A stretch of DNA of 64,000 nucleotides from an uncultured bacterium (GTDB lineage Bacteria > Omnitrophota > Omnitrophia > Omnitrophales > Aquincolibacteriaceae), in contig CAZSFZ010000003.1 in the NCBI GenBank assembly GCA_964606385.1, forward strand, positions 29,493 to 93,492. Direction: 5' to 3'. The position numbers were made by a program, and so were the translations under genes. The notes under the pieces are model-generated. The model saw only the letters and a program-made list of their open reading frames with translations, was not told the origin of the DNA and did not search any database. This document shows, piece after piece, positions 1 through 10,006 of the stretch (its first letter is position 1; the number at the start of each line of letters is the position of its first letter).

Positions 1-732
1 CGGGTCCAGAATATTGATCACATTGGCAAGCGAACGGCCAAAGTGCCCGAAAAATACGTTCATAAAAGCGGCCGCAGCCGGATCGTTCCCGCGGTATTTC
101 AAAACAATATCCCGGAGCGGAAGTTTTTCGCCAAACTCGCGCTCATAGCGCTTTTCAAGACCCCCGCCGCTAATGAACGTTTCGACGCACCCGTGATTCC
201 CGCAATAACACTCCGGCCCCGCGGGATCAACCGACATGTGACCCCACTCCCCCGCGATCCCCTGGAGACCCGTGATCACTTTTCCTTCATGAACGATCCC
301 GCCGCCGCAGCCGGTCCCCATGATCACGCCAAAGACAAGTTTCTTACCCTTGCCGGCACCGAAGAGGGCTTCCGCCATGGCAAAACAATTGGCGTCATTC
401 TGGATCTCAATATCCCGGGCCAGCATTTTCCGGAGGTCTTCACGCAGAGGTTTACCGTTCAAGCAAACGGTGTTGGAATTTTTCAGGAGTCCGGTCGCGC
501 CCGAAATCGCTCCTGGCGTTCCGATGCCGACCGTATGGGGGTGCGGTCCGATCTTTTGCGCCAGTTTTCCGTAAACCCCGGCAAGATTGCGAAGGATATG
601 CGAATAGCCTTTTTCCTGTTCGGTCGGCACGCGCAGGCGATAGATCTCGCGGCCCGCGGGATCAAGGACAATACCTTCGATCTTGGTCCCGCCCAGATCA
701 AGTCCCGCGCGATAGGGGGAAGAATGCGTCAT
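1..732 (-). CDS. ROK family sugar kinase (glucokinase-like). The 3' end runs off the window start.
   Basis: The reverse-strand translation starts MTHSSPYRAGLDLGGTKIEGIVLD... This is the ROK N-terminal DxGGT motif. Later segments GIGTPG and HMSVDPAGPECYCGNHGCVE match the ROK Zn-binding Cys motif. A GGGAGG RBS sits 8 nt upstream of the ATG at 732. The gene is not in the ORF track because it is truncated by the window edge. Confidence 0.8.
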   Translation of the reverse strand, partial: MTHSSPYRAGLDLGGTKIEGIVLDPAGREIYRLRVPTEQEKGYSHILRNLAGVYGKLAQKIGPHPHTVGIGTPGAISGATGLLKNSNTVCLNGKPLREDLRKMLARDIEIQNDANCFAMAEALFGAGKGKKLVFGVIMGTGCGGGIVHEGKVITGLQGIAGEWGHMSVDPAGPECYCGNHGCVETFISGGGLEKRYEREFGEKLPLRDIVLKYRGNDPAAAAFMNVFFGHFGRSLANVINILDP

Positions 733-822
733 CACTTTGATCAGCCTCCCGGAGTCGAGCTCCCAGGCTTTTTGAATTTCAAGGCCCGCCGCTCAGACCA
801 GGTCCCGCTTGCCGCTTCTCAT

Positions 823-3800
823 TTAGAAATCGTAACGGGCGGTGCCGTAGTAGGTATTGCTCAGAAACTGATCTTTAACTTCGCAATCCCAGTTCCCGGT
901 GAGCGTCACGTTCCCTTTGTTCAGGAACGCGAGCTCCGCGCCGAAGATCATGCCGTTCTTGGCGGGTTTGGCGCCGATCGTGTCAAACGAAAGGCCGCCC
1001 CCCGCAAAAGAAGCGGTCGTCTGGAACCGGTCGCCAATATAATCATAGAGCCATGCCGCCTTGATCGAAGGAATGAAGGTGCCCATCTTCTTCGAAACCA
1101 CCGGATAGGCGAGCTTCATACCGAGACCCTGTTCCAGCTGATGGTATCCTTCCCCGTCCACCGTCAGGTTCAAGGCCCCGGCTCCTTTTTCCTTGTACTT
1201 GTTCATGTAAAGGAAGTTGTAGCCCAAGGACGCGAAAGGAGTGACTTCCAGATTCTTGGTCTTCTCGAACGTAAAGGTGTATCCCGTCTCGAAATTTGTG
1301 GAGTACTGCTGGCCATAGTGGTCCGCCTTCGCGACACGTTTGTTGGCAGGCGTCAGCCAGATCTCCCGGCGGCTGTCGTAGTTATTCTGGGTGAAGGCGA
1401 GCATTCCGTCCACGTACCAGAAATCATCCCCCTGGTTACGCACCGCCTCCCGGGAATTCTTGCCGAGCTTACGGGCTTCACAAAGGTTCAGGGAATCGAA
1501 ACTGCCGTAAACTGCCGCTTGAAAAGCATCCATGTCATGTGAGGGGCTGCCAGGCTGCTTGGAATTCACCCTCGCCCAGCCGTAGCTCCCGGCAAGACCC
1601 ATACGGACATGACGGTCGATCAGTTTATCTACACCGATCGTGGTCCCAAAGAGATTCGCTTTGTAACCCCGAATCCCCTTACGTTCGTCCTGCCTCATGT
1701 GGCTCCCGAGCTCCTGGGCCCAAACCCCTACCCCGTTCAGGATTTCTCCGGCGGAAACACCCGTGTTCCTAAACCCGGCGCTTCTTGCCCCTCCCATGCG
1801 ATTGCTTAACATTGAAAACGATTGCCTCGCAAGTGCCCGGCTTACCTCGAGAAGACCGGCGCTTACATCCGGATACATCGTGTCGAGCGCGGCCGCGACG
1901 TGCGCGCCGCTCGAACCTTCAAGTAGGTTCAAAACCGCGGACATATCGACGGTAGGGTTCGTAATGGCATCCAGAACAAGACCGACAGCTTCAGCATTCG
2001 AGTTCGTCGCATCCCCCGCGAAACCTCCGCCCACACGACTCGCCTTCAGGATCAGATCGCTTCCGGTTCCCGTTACAATAAATGTTACGCGGGAATTCCC
2101 GACAACAATTATTGCCGGAGCTACGATACCTGCACCTCCCCCTCCGTCAACAATTGTGTAGCTGGTATTTTCGGGAATGTAACTGGAAACTTTCAGCACG
2201 AGACTATCCCCCGCGTTAATCGTGCAGGCGCCTGTTGCAACAATGGAACCGCTGGCAGTTCCGTCAATGGCAGCCTGAAGCGTTGAAGGCGCCCCCCCCT
2301 GGGTATAAGCCCCGCCAATATTTAAAGTGATCAATCCAATATCGAGCGTGGCATTGTTCGTAACCCCTCCCGCTCCGGTTCCAAACGCGTTGGAGCTGTT
2401 GATTTGAATCGTACCTCCGGTGATCGTCGTCGCACCGGAATAAGTATTTACCCCTCCGAGGACTAATGTCCCGGTATCCGTTTTTGTCAGAGAACCTGCC
2501 CCCGCGATAATTCCGTTGTAGGTCAGGGTCTTGGCCGCATCGACATCGATCGTCCCCGCACCAGTCAAAGCAATACCCCGATTAGCGTGAAGTTCGAATG
2601 TCTCCGAAGCTTCCAGAGTTCCGCCATTAAAAGTAAGGTGCCCCGGCGTGGCTGCCGCCGGAACAGCGCCTAGGCCGGAATCAGCCGCAATGCTTAACGT
2701 GCCGGCGTTGATCGTCGTAGCCCCGCTAAAAGTATTGATCCCGCTCAAAGCGAGGGTTCCGGCCCCTGCCTTGGTCAGAGTATAACCGCTGCCACTGTCA
2801 CCAATCGAACCCCCAACGGTCAGCGTATTTCCGCCAACCGTAACTTGCCGATTAGCGCCCAGAGTCACGGCGCCTGTGCCTAAATTAAGACTTTGAGACG
2901 ACCCCGTGTAAGTAAAATCCCCATTCCAGAGCTGAGCGTTATGGGTCGTTAAAGTCGCGCCGCTCCCTCCGGTACGGTTCAGGGTGCCTCCGTTGATCAC
3001 GAATGTGCCCGTCCCAAGCGCCGTGGCGTTATTTAAATTTAATGTTGTGCCCAACGAAAGAGTTACCCCGCCCGAAAAAGCGCTGTTGTCTCCGGAAAGT
3101 ATCACAACACTCGCCCCGCTTGCCGTCAAGGCTCCTGCCCCGGATAAAGCACCGCTTAATTGAACGCTGCCGCCCGGAGGGCTTCCCGCATTCACGGTAA
3201 GCGCATTGTTTAACGTCATGGCGCCGCTAAAAACCGCCGAAGTCCCTCCGCTATTGCCAATAGTTAGAGTATTCCCGGCGCTGCCTGCCTGCACGGTAAT
3301 AGGGTTGGCAAAAGTCCGATTGTCGCCTAAAAGCGTTGCGTCCGCAGATCCGGAGGTCGCACCGAGAAAAACACTCCCGAGGCCCAAAGCGCTGGAATTG
3401 CTCGTGGCGCTCACGGTTCCGGCGTTGATCACTAACCCTCCGTTAAAGGTATTCGCGCCGCCAAGAGTTAATGTCCCCGTATCTGTTTTTGTCAGAGAAC
3501 CTCCCCCCGCGATGATTCCGCTGTAGGTCAGGGTCTTGGCCGCATCGACATCGATCGTACCCGCACCGGTTAATGCGATGCCTCTGTTGGCATTCAGCGT
3601 AAATGTATCGGACACCTCTAGCGTTCCGCCATTGAAAGTAAGATGTCCCGGCGTGGCCACCCCGGGAGCGGTGCCTAAACCCGAACCAGCGGAGATGCTC
3701 AGCGTACCGCTATTGATCGTTGTAGCGCCGCTGTAAGTATTAAGACCCGCAAGCGTCAACGTCCCGGCTCCGGATTGAGTAAGCGTTCCTACTCCGCTGA

Positions 3801-6800
3801 TAATTCCGCTATAAGTAAGCGCATCCGAACGGTTAAACACTAAAGATGCGTTATTGGTGATATTCCCAAGCACGGAACCTGAGGCGGCACCGGCGCCAAT
3901 CTGAAGCGTGCCACCGCTGATCGTGGTCCCGCCCGCATAAGTGTTGTTTCCGCTTAACACAAGTGTTCCAGCGCCATCCTTGATGAGAGCCCCGTTGCTG
4001 ATCACTCCGGAAACGGCCGTATTCCCCGTGCCATCGGCCGTGAGCGTGAAGCCTCCATTATCGACACTGCCCGCCACAGTAAAAGTATTACTGCTGTTAT
4101 TCAGCCATGTCTGCGCCGCACCCAGCACCACATCGTTATTCATCGTCAGTGCACCGGCGCCGGCGTTGATCGTCACGCCCCCCGCGTTGATCGTGAGCGT
4201 ATTCCCCGCCGCGATGCTCACCGCACTCGTTGCCGTCCCCCCCTGCAGGGTCAGGCTGTGGATCGTGAAATCCTGCCCCAAGGTCGTCGCAAAACTTCCT
4301 GCGCCATCGGCGTAAAAGTAAACATCCGTATTAGATGCCGGGATCGCTCCGGTATCGACCCCGCCGCTTTGCGTCGAATCCCAGTTGGTGGTATTGCCGA
4401 CGGTTTTAGTATTCCACAGATGGTCCCCTTCACCGTCCGTCCACCACGCCGTGGCCGGACCATCCAAGGCGCCGGTGTAGGTCAGTTCGAGATTATGACC
4501 GGTCACCTGAATGCCGAAATACCCGTTGCTGAAAAATCCGGTAATAGGATTGTTATTGGTAAAATTACCCGTCGAAAGCGTGAACGCTGAGGCGGAAAAA
4601 CCGGCAATGCTTGTATCGGAGCTGGCAACGGTCCAGGTATAGTTTGAATATTTGTCAAAATTCACCACCGCTCCAGAGATACTGGCGGCATTCAATCCAG
4701 TGATGTCGATCGTGAATTTGCTGCCGGCTGTGGCCGTTATGTTGAGGCTGCCCGAGGTGATGTTTTGCCAATCCCAGCCCGGATCAGAACCTTGCGTCCC
4801 ATCAACTTTGTTGATTTCCCATTTATAGGTGCCTCCCCCGGCATAAGTTACATCTCCTACGCTTGTGAGCTTACCGGGGCTATTGCCGGGTGAAAGAACG
4901 CTCCCCGTTCCTATGGTAAGATTGCCAGAAACGGTTCCGCTCCCTTTTAGAGTTTGTCCGCTTGCTAAAATCAAATCGTCAGTGCCAGCTAATCCCGTCA
5001 CATCAAGCGCTGCGCCTGAAGCGATGTTGATGGTCGGGGAACTAGCGATATTATTATTGGTTGCTCCGGACAACGCCAGAGTCCCCGCGCTCACGGTGGT
5101 CGTCCCAGTATAGGTGTTTGTTCCTGAGAGATGGAGCGTCCCGGCCCCGGATTTTGTAAGACCTACTGCCCCACCGCCAATGACTCCCCCTACTGTCAGA
5201 GTTCCACCATTGACAGTTACCTGGCGGCCGGCGCTCATCGTCACCGCACCGGCCCCAAGATTAAGATTCTTGGTTCCCAGAAATGTGAAATCGCCATTCC
5301 AGGCCATCGGATAATCGATGGTTGTAATGTCGGCCCCGCTTGTGTTGTCAATCGTGCCCCCAGCAATCGTGAATGTTCCCGCTGCCGTGCCAAGGGCTTG
5401 CGCATTATTGATGTTTAAAGTGCCTGCATTGATCTGAAAACCTCCCGTGAAAGTATTGGCTCCGCTTAATGTCAGTATTCCATCACCCGCCTTAGTAAAC
5501 TTTCTGTTTTGTCCAGAATCACCAACAACTCCAGCCAGTGCCAGCGTGCTCGCGTTGACGGTAATGGTCCGGTTCGCGCCACTGATAGTTGCCGCTCCAT
5601 TGATGGTAAGCGGGTTCGATCCCATAAAAGTGGGGCTGCCACCGCTCATGGTGAATGCATTCGCGATTGTGAGGGCACCGCCGGAGGTGTTATCAAAAGA
5701 AACTGCCGTTGCACCGCCAATGGTATATGTCCCGGATCCTAAGGCATTCACATGACCAATGTTCAGCAACCCGCCATTCGTATTGTGGGTGACGCCTCCG
5801 CTAAATGTGTTATTCCCGCTTAAAGTCAGTGTGCCAGCGCCTGCTTTGGTTAAAGTTCTGGAGGATCCATCTTCACCCACCGCCCCAGCCAGAGTAAGCG
5901 TGCTCGCGGTGACGGTAATGGTCCGGTTATTGCCGCTGATAGTTGTCGCTCCATTGATGGTAAGCGGGTTCGATCCCACAAAAGTGGGGCTGCCACCGCT
6001 CAGGGTGAATGTATTCGCGATCGTGAGGGCGCTACCGGAGGTGTTGTCAAATGAATTGCTTCCACTCATAGTATACGTTCCAGAACCTAAGGCATTCACA
6101 TGGCCGATGTTAAGTCTTCCGCCGCTTGCATTGTGGGTGACACCTCCGCTGAAAGTGTTATTCCCGTTTAAGGTCAGCATTCCAGCACCTGCCTTGATTA
6201 AATCCCCAGACCCGCTGATAACGCGCTCATAGGCGAGATCGTCAGAGCGATTAAAGGCCAAGGTCGCATTATTTGTGATATCCCCGACCACAGAACCCGT
6301 TGTGCCTCCCGCACCAATCTGGAGTCTGCCCCCGCTGATTGTGGTGCTCCCGGCATAAGTGTTATTGCCACTCAAGATGAGAGTGCCCGTACCTTCTTTG
6401 GTGATTCCATAAGAGTTACCACCATCACTCACGATACTGGAGACTGTGAGAGTGGCAACCCCAGATCCATTGTTAGTGGTAGTCCAGGTCTGGCTCGCAC
6501 CAAGGACAAGACTGGCCACACTAATGGTATAAGTCCTAGAAGTAGCTGAAGGAATAGCCGCCGTGATGCCACTAGCTCCGACGGTCAAAATTCCACCGCC
6601 AGAGGCAATTGCAAAAGCGGCTGCGCGATTGAATGTGATGCCAAGAAAATTCGCGTCAGCATTTATGGCAGCCGTAAGGCCAGCCGTACCGAAAGTAACA
6701 GTATCCGCACCCAGAAAGGTCGGATTGATGTCGCCGGACCAGTTAGTCGCTGTGTTGATATTTGTATCTGCCACTCCTCCGCCCCCATCCCACGTAAAAG

Positions 6801-6873
6801 GAGCGGCAAAAGTGGGCGCGGGGGATCCCAAAAGAAGAGCCCCTATCGCTATCATGGATATGATTTTTCTCAT
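823..6873 (-). CDS. Giant (2016 aa) autotransporter. It has an N-terminal signal peptide, a passenger built from autotransporter-associated beta-strand (PATR) repeats, and a C-terminal outer-membrane beta-barrel translocator.
   Basis: The signal peptide is MRKIISMIAIGALLLGSPAPTFAAP. There are dozens of GTLTLSGNNTYSGxTTIxGGTLxI repeats. The C-terminal ~280 aa is rich in aromatic/Gly residues and ends ...GTARYDF with a terminal Phe, which is the type Va beta-barrel signature. Long near-identical DNA repeats occur inside the gene. Confidence 0.85.
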   Translation of the reverse strand: MRKIISMIAIGALLLGSPAPTFAAPFTWDGGGGVADTNINTATNWSGDINPTFLGADTVTFGTAGLTAAINADANFLGITFNRAAAFAIASGGGILTVGASGITAAIPSATSRTYTISVASLVLGASQTWTTTNNGSGVATLTVSSIVSDGGNSYGITKEGTGTLILSGNNTYAGSTTISGGRLQIGAGGTTGSVVGDITNNATLAFNRSDDLAYERVISGSGDLIKAGAGMLTLNGNNTFSGGVTHNASGGRLNIGHVNALGSGTYTMSGSNSFDNTSGSALTIANTFTLSGGSPTFVGSNPLTINGATTISGNNRTITVTASTLTLAGAVGEDGSSRTLTKAGAGTLTLSGNNTFSGGVTHNTNGGLLNIGHVNALGSGTYTIGGATAVSFDNTSGGALTIANAFTMSGGSPTFMGSNPLTINGAATISGANRTITVNASTLALAGVVGDSGQNRKFTKAGDGILTLSGANTFTGGFQINAGTLNINNAQALGTAAGTFTIAGGTIDNTSGADITTIDYPMAWNGDFTFLGTKNLNLGAGAVTMSAGRQVTVNGGTLTVGGVIGGGAVGLTKSGAGTLHLSGTNTYTGTTTVSAGTLALSGATNNNIASSPTINIASGAALDVTGLAGTDDLILASGQTLKGSGTVSGNLTIGTGSVLSPGNSPGKLTSVGDVTYAGGGTYKWEINKVDGTQGSDPGWDWQNITSGSLNITATAGSKFTIDITGLNAASISGAVVNFDKYSNYTWTVASSDTSIAGFSASAFTLSTGNFTNNNPITGFFSNGYFGIQVTGHNLELTYTGALDGPATAWWTDGEGDHLWNTKTVGNTTNWDSTQSGGVDTGAIPASNTDVYFYADGAGSFATTLGQDFTIHSLTLQGGTATSAVSIAAGNTLTINAGGVTINAGAGALTMNNDVVLGAAQTWLNNSSNTFTVAGSVDNGGFTLTADGTGNTAVSGVISNGALIKDGAGTLVLSGNNTYAGGTTISGGTLQIGAGAASGSVLGNITNNASLVFNRSDALTYSGIISGVGTLTQSGAGTLTLAGLNTYSGATTINSGTLSISAGSGLGTAPGVATPGHLTFNGGTLEVSDTFTLNANRGIALTGAGTIDVDAAKTLTYSGIIAGGGSLTKTDTGTLTLGGANTFNGGLVINAGTVSATSNSSALGLGSVFLGATSGSADATLLGDNRTFANPITVQAGSAGNTLTIGNSGGTSAVFSGAMTLNNALTVNAGSPPGGSVQLSGALSGAGALTASGASVVILSGDNSAFSGGVTLSLGTTLNLNNATALGTGTFVINGGTLNRTGGSGATLTTHNAQLWNGDFTYTGSSQSLNLGTGAVTLGANRQVTVGGNTLTVGGSIGDSGSGYTLTKAGAGTLALSGINTFSGATTINAGTLSIAADSGLGAVPAAATPGHLTFNGGTLEASETFELHANRGIALTGAGTIDVDAAKTLTYNGIIAGAGSLTKTDTGTLVLGGVNTYSGATTITGGTIQINSSNAFGTGAGGVTNNATLDIGLITLNIGGAYTQGGAPSTLQAAIDGTASGSIVATGACTINAGDSLVLKVSSYIPENTSYTIVDGGGGAGIVAPAIIVVGNSRVTFIVTGTGSDLILKASRVGGGFAGDATNSNAEAVGLVLDAITNPTVDMSAVLNLLEGSSGAHVAAALDTMYPDVSAGLLEVSRALARQSFSMLSNRMGGARSAGFRNTGVSAGEILNGVGVWAQELGSHMRQDERKGIRGYKANLFGTTIGVDKLIDRHVRMGLAGSYGWARVNSKQPGSPSHDMDAFQAAVYGSFDSLNLCEARKLGKNSREAVRNQGDDFWYVDGMLAFTQNNYDSRREIWLTPANKRVAKADHYGQQYSTNFETGYTFTFEKTKNLEVTPFASLGYNFLYMNKYKEKGAGALNLTVDGEGYHQLEQGLGMKLAYPVVSKKMGTFIPSIKAAWLYDYIGDRFQTTASFAGGGLSFDTIGAKPAKNGMIFGAELAFLNKGNVTLTGNWDCEVKDQFLSNTYYGTARYDF

Positions 6874-7255
6874 TTCTAAGCAACACTCCGTATTTAAAAA
6901 TATTAACTCAACTCTAACGGCCCAATACGCGTCGAACGTGGTCAGTGTACTCCTATACCACCTGCCGGGAAACTCTTATTAGATTATCGGCTATCGAGCC
7001 CAAAGCTTATGACTAAACGAATCACTAGGCTTGTCTGAAGGCGTGGATTTGAAGCGGTAACCCTAAAGAAGAAGCGCGGAAAACATTCTGCAGATACACC
7101 TTCTGGAAAGATGCCTGGATCATTTTCACGATCTTTAGCTTAAAAAAACACCGTTGATCCCGAAAGCGTTAGAAGCGTCCGGGGAAAAAGGAATCTTTTC
7201 CACGGCCAGGAAGTCATGTCTGAAAAGCCTTGATCGCGTGTTGCGCCCGGTAGGA

Positions 7256-8992
7256 TCAATCGTTCAAAATGCAGGTGCGGTTCTTGCCTTCGGCTTTGGC
7301 CTTGAGGAGGGCATCCTGCGCGCGTTCGACGACTTTCTGGGGATTTTTTTCATTCGGCTGAAGGACGGAAACCCCGGCGCTGACCTTGACGGAAAGGGTT
7401 TTGTCCCCGGATTTGAAGGCGGAACGCTCGATGGTTTTGCGGATCCTCTCGGCGACGCCAAAAGTCGCGGTCGCGAGGTTATAACCCACCAGTAACACGA
7501 TAAAAACGTCCTCGCCGTAACGGCCCGCGATGTCGGGCATCGCGCGCCCCTTGGTTCGGATCGAATCCAGGATCACGGAGGCCACGTGTTTTAGGACGTT
7601 GTCCGCCATTTTGGCGCCGTGCTCTTCATTGAACTTTTTGAAGTCATCAATATCGAGCATAATCACAGAGAAGGGCTTGTGGAATGTCCGGGAGTAATTG
7701 AGCGCCTGGGACAGGAAGGTATTTACATAGCGCATGACATAAAGCCCTGTCAGCTCATCCCGCACCGCCAGGCTCAGGAAATACATCCTTTCCTTGTACT
7801 CCTGGATCTTCACGACCGCGAAAGAGATCAGAAAATAAGCTGCGATCAGAAAAAGAGGCGCCACCACTCCCGTCCAGATCCCGGCGTAGGAAAAAAGCAG
7901 GAAGGAGGCCAGGACCCAGATCCCCGCCATTACGAAAGCCATCAGCAGCGAAAAAACGCTCCGGAACGGGATCATCACGCTCATCGTCAGTAGCGCCACC
8001 AGCACCAGCGCCGCCGCAAACACATAAGAGTGGATCTTCCGGATGTACTGCCCGGTCAGGAGGGTATTGATGATATTCCCCAAAGCGCCGATCCCCGGGC
8101 TCGCGGACTCGAGCGGCGTGATCTTGAAATCAGAGGCCGTCATCCCGATGACGCATATTTTATCCTTAAAATCCTTTTCGCCGAGCGGTGCGGCCTGTCC
8201 CTTGGAGACTAACGCGTAGCTATTGAGCACATCGACGAACGGGTAATAGCCGGAAGCGGCATTCCAGCGTTGCGCCCAGTGGATCATGAGGTTGTTCTGT
8301 TCATCGCGCGGAAAATCGCAATCCTGGATCGTCGGCACGGGTTTCCCCAGATAATCATAAGCCACCCGGATCCCGAGATGCGGCACAAGCTGCTGGTTCA
8401 ATTTGACGAACGGGAATATGCGGCGGACCACATGGTCGGGGTCCTGGTTGTAATTGATATGCCCGATCCCCTTGGCCTGTTCGCTATAGACCGGGGAGGA
8501 TTGATTCACGTAATAATAATTTTTGAAACCCTCGGATTCGAAGGAAATGGGAAGGTAAACATTCGAAGTTTTCTTGAACTCCTCAACAAGCGCTTGATCA
8601 TCCTCGGGGGTCTCGGCATCCTGAGTAAAAAAAAGATTGAACACGATGGCCTTCGCGCCCCATTCCCGGAGGATGCGTGCGATCGCGGCGTAATACCGCT
8701 TGGGCCACGGGAAAGGCCGGATGGCCTGCAGGCTGTTCCGGTCGATCCCGATATACACGACCGCAGGGTCGACCTTGGGAGAGGGCTGGTATTTCAGAAA
8801 TTGATCGTAGAAATAATTGTCCAGGGAACGGAAGAAGGACGACCCTGAAAAGTTAAGGCACAGGGCCAGCACGAGGATAAAGCCGAGGATCTGGATCGTG
8901 CGCAGGGGGGTGAAGAAAAGGACCAACTGTCTCAAGGGCTCGGTCGCGTAGCCCTTCCGTTTTTTAACCAGACCTGCCGGCGCTTTTTCCAT
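7256..8992 (-). CDS. CHASE2 sensor domain - TM - GGDEF-domain protein with a degenerate active-site motif (GEDVF), so likely a non-catalytic c-di-GMP-related receptor.
   Basis: The CHASE2 signature is IRPFPWPKRYYA. Transmembrane segments follow, then a C-terminal GGDEF fold (DIDDFKKFNEEHGAKMADNVL...GRYGEDVFIVLL). GEDVF replaces GG(D/E)EF and there is no RxxD I-site. The likely start is MEKAP at 8992 with a GGGAGG RBS; the track's longer N-terminal extension to 9328 is doubtful. Confidence 0.75.
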   Translation of the reverse strand: MEKAPAGLVKKRKGYATEPLRQLVLFFTPLRTIQILGFILVLALCLNFSGSSFFRSLDNYFYDQFLKYQPSPKVDPAVVYIGIDRNSLQAIRPFPWPKRYYAAIARILREWGAKAIVFNLFFTQDAETPEDDQALVEEFKKTSNVYLPISFESEGFKNYYYVNQSSPVYSEQAKGIGHINYNQDPDHVVRRIFPFVKLNQQLVPHLGIRVAYDYLGKPVPTIQDCDFPRDEQNNLMIHWAQRWNAASGYYPFVDVLNSYALVSKGQAAPLGEKDFKDKICVIGMTASDFKITPLESASPGIGALGNIINTLLTGQYIRKIHSYVFAAALVLVALLTMSVMIPFRSVFSLLMAFVMAGIWVLASFLLFSYAGIWTGVVAPLFLIAAYFLISFAVVKIQEYKERMYFLSLAVRDELTGLYVMRYVNTFLSQALNYSRTFHKPFSVIMLDIDDFKKFNEEHGAKMADNVLKHVASVILDSIRTKGRAMPDIAGRYGEDVFIVLLVGYNLATATFGVAERIRKTIERSAFKSGDKTLSVKVSAGVSVLQPNEKNPQKVVERAQDALLKAKAEGKNRTCILND

Positions 8993-9197
8993 AGCCTCCC
9001 CAAAACGATTATCCATATAAAGGAATTCGGGATAATTTACGACCATACTGGTCGAAAACTTATCTTTTTCCAAGAATTTTTTATTTTTAGAAAGTCCATG
9101 CTCTTTGCGAAGCTCTGGGGTATAATCCCGAACCTTTGAAGGGGTGCTGGTTTGCCACATCGCCCGCTTTCCTTTCCTTATGCATTGAGGAGCATCC

Positions 9198-9896
9198 ATG
9201 GCCATACAAGGCTGGTTTAAGTTCAAGAAAATAAGGCTTCTCCTGGCGTGGGGATCGATCCCTATTCTCATAATTTCGTCCCAGATGACCGACGCCACAT
9301 TCCGCTGGGGCGTGATCCTCTTGATCATCGGGGAATTGATCCGCTTCTGGGCGCTTGGCTATATGGAACGCAAGGGCGAAAAACTCGCCATGAGCGGGCC
9401 CTACGCCTTCGTTCGTAATCCTCTTTATGTCGGTAATTTTTTTCTGGGGCTCGGCGTTGCCGTGATCGTCTGGAACTGGGTGATCGGGATCATCTTCCTG
9501 GTCGGGTTCCTGGGGATCTACACCGGAACCATCCTGGGTGAAGAAAAACATCTGCGGGAGATGTTCGGAAAAACCTATGACGATTACTGTAAAAATGTCC
9601 CTTCGTTCCTCCCGCGCCTGACCCCTTATAGAGCTCCCGAGAAGGATTCGTTTCAGTGGGGCCGCATCATCAAGCACCATGAGTACATCACGGTGCTCGG
9701 GATCATCCTCATGACCATCCTTATTCACCTTTACGATGACCTTTTCCTTTCCAAAGAACCCGTGGCGCACGAGATCCCGCTTATCATCGCGGCGGTGGCC
9801 GTGATCCTCATCCTCGTGTTGGAGCGGGTGTTTGTCAGCAAGCTTCACATCACATTCTTCGAACGCCTGCGCGAAAAACACACGCCCAAAAAATAA
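9198..9896 (+). CDS. Isoprenylcysteine carboxyl methyltransferase / phospholipid methyltransferase (ICMT/PEMT) family membrane protein.
   Basis: Multi-TM protein with MSGPYAFVRNPLYVGNF, the ICMT/PEMT family motif. A GAGGA RBS lies upstream of the ATG. Confidence 0.6.
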   Translation: MAIQGWFKFKKIRLLLAWGSIPILIISSQMTDATFRWGVILLIIGELIRFWALGYMERKGEKLAMSGPYAFVRNPLYVGNFFLGLGVAVIVWNWVIGIIFLVGFLGIYTGTILGEEKHLREMFGKTYDDYCKNVPSFLPRLTPYRAPEKDSFQWGRIIKHHEYITVLGIILMTILIHLYDDLFLSKEPVAHEIPLIIAAVAVILILVLERVFVSKLHITFFERLREKHTPKK

Positions 9897-9954
9897 TCTC
9901 CGTTTTCTTCACGATCTCCTCTCGGATATTTTTTCGCAGAAAAGCCGAAAAACG

Positions 9955-9984
9955 TTGACCCGGCCGCGTGAAAGAAAATATAAT
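9955..9984 (+). promoter_or_regulatory. Sigma70-type promoter for the homospermidine synthase operon.
   Basis: TTGACC (9955-9960), an 18-bp spacer, then TATAAT (9979-9984). A GGAG RBS at 9999-10002 precedes the ATG at 10007. Confidence 0.45.
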
Positions 9985-10006
9985 CTGAAAAAAATCACCG
10001 GAGAAC

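Noticed and set aside
43-1542. 499-aa plus-strand ORF at the left edge.
   Set aside because: It lies antisense to two well-supported genes: the ROK kinase (to 732) and the autotransporter C-terminal barrel (from 823). The translation is low complexity and Arg/Pro-rich with no recognisable motifs. This is a typical high-GC antisense artefact.
9087-9881. 264-aa minus-strand ORF overlapping the ICMT-family gene.
   Set aside because: It is antisense to the ICMT-family membrane protein. The sequence is His/Asp/Glu-rich low complexity (DEDHGHRRDDKRD) with no domain signature.
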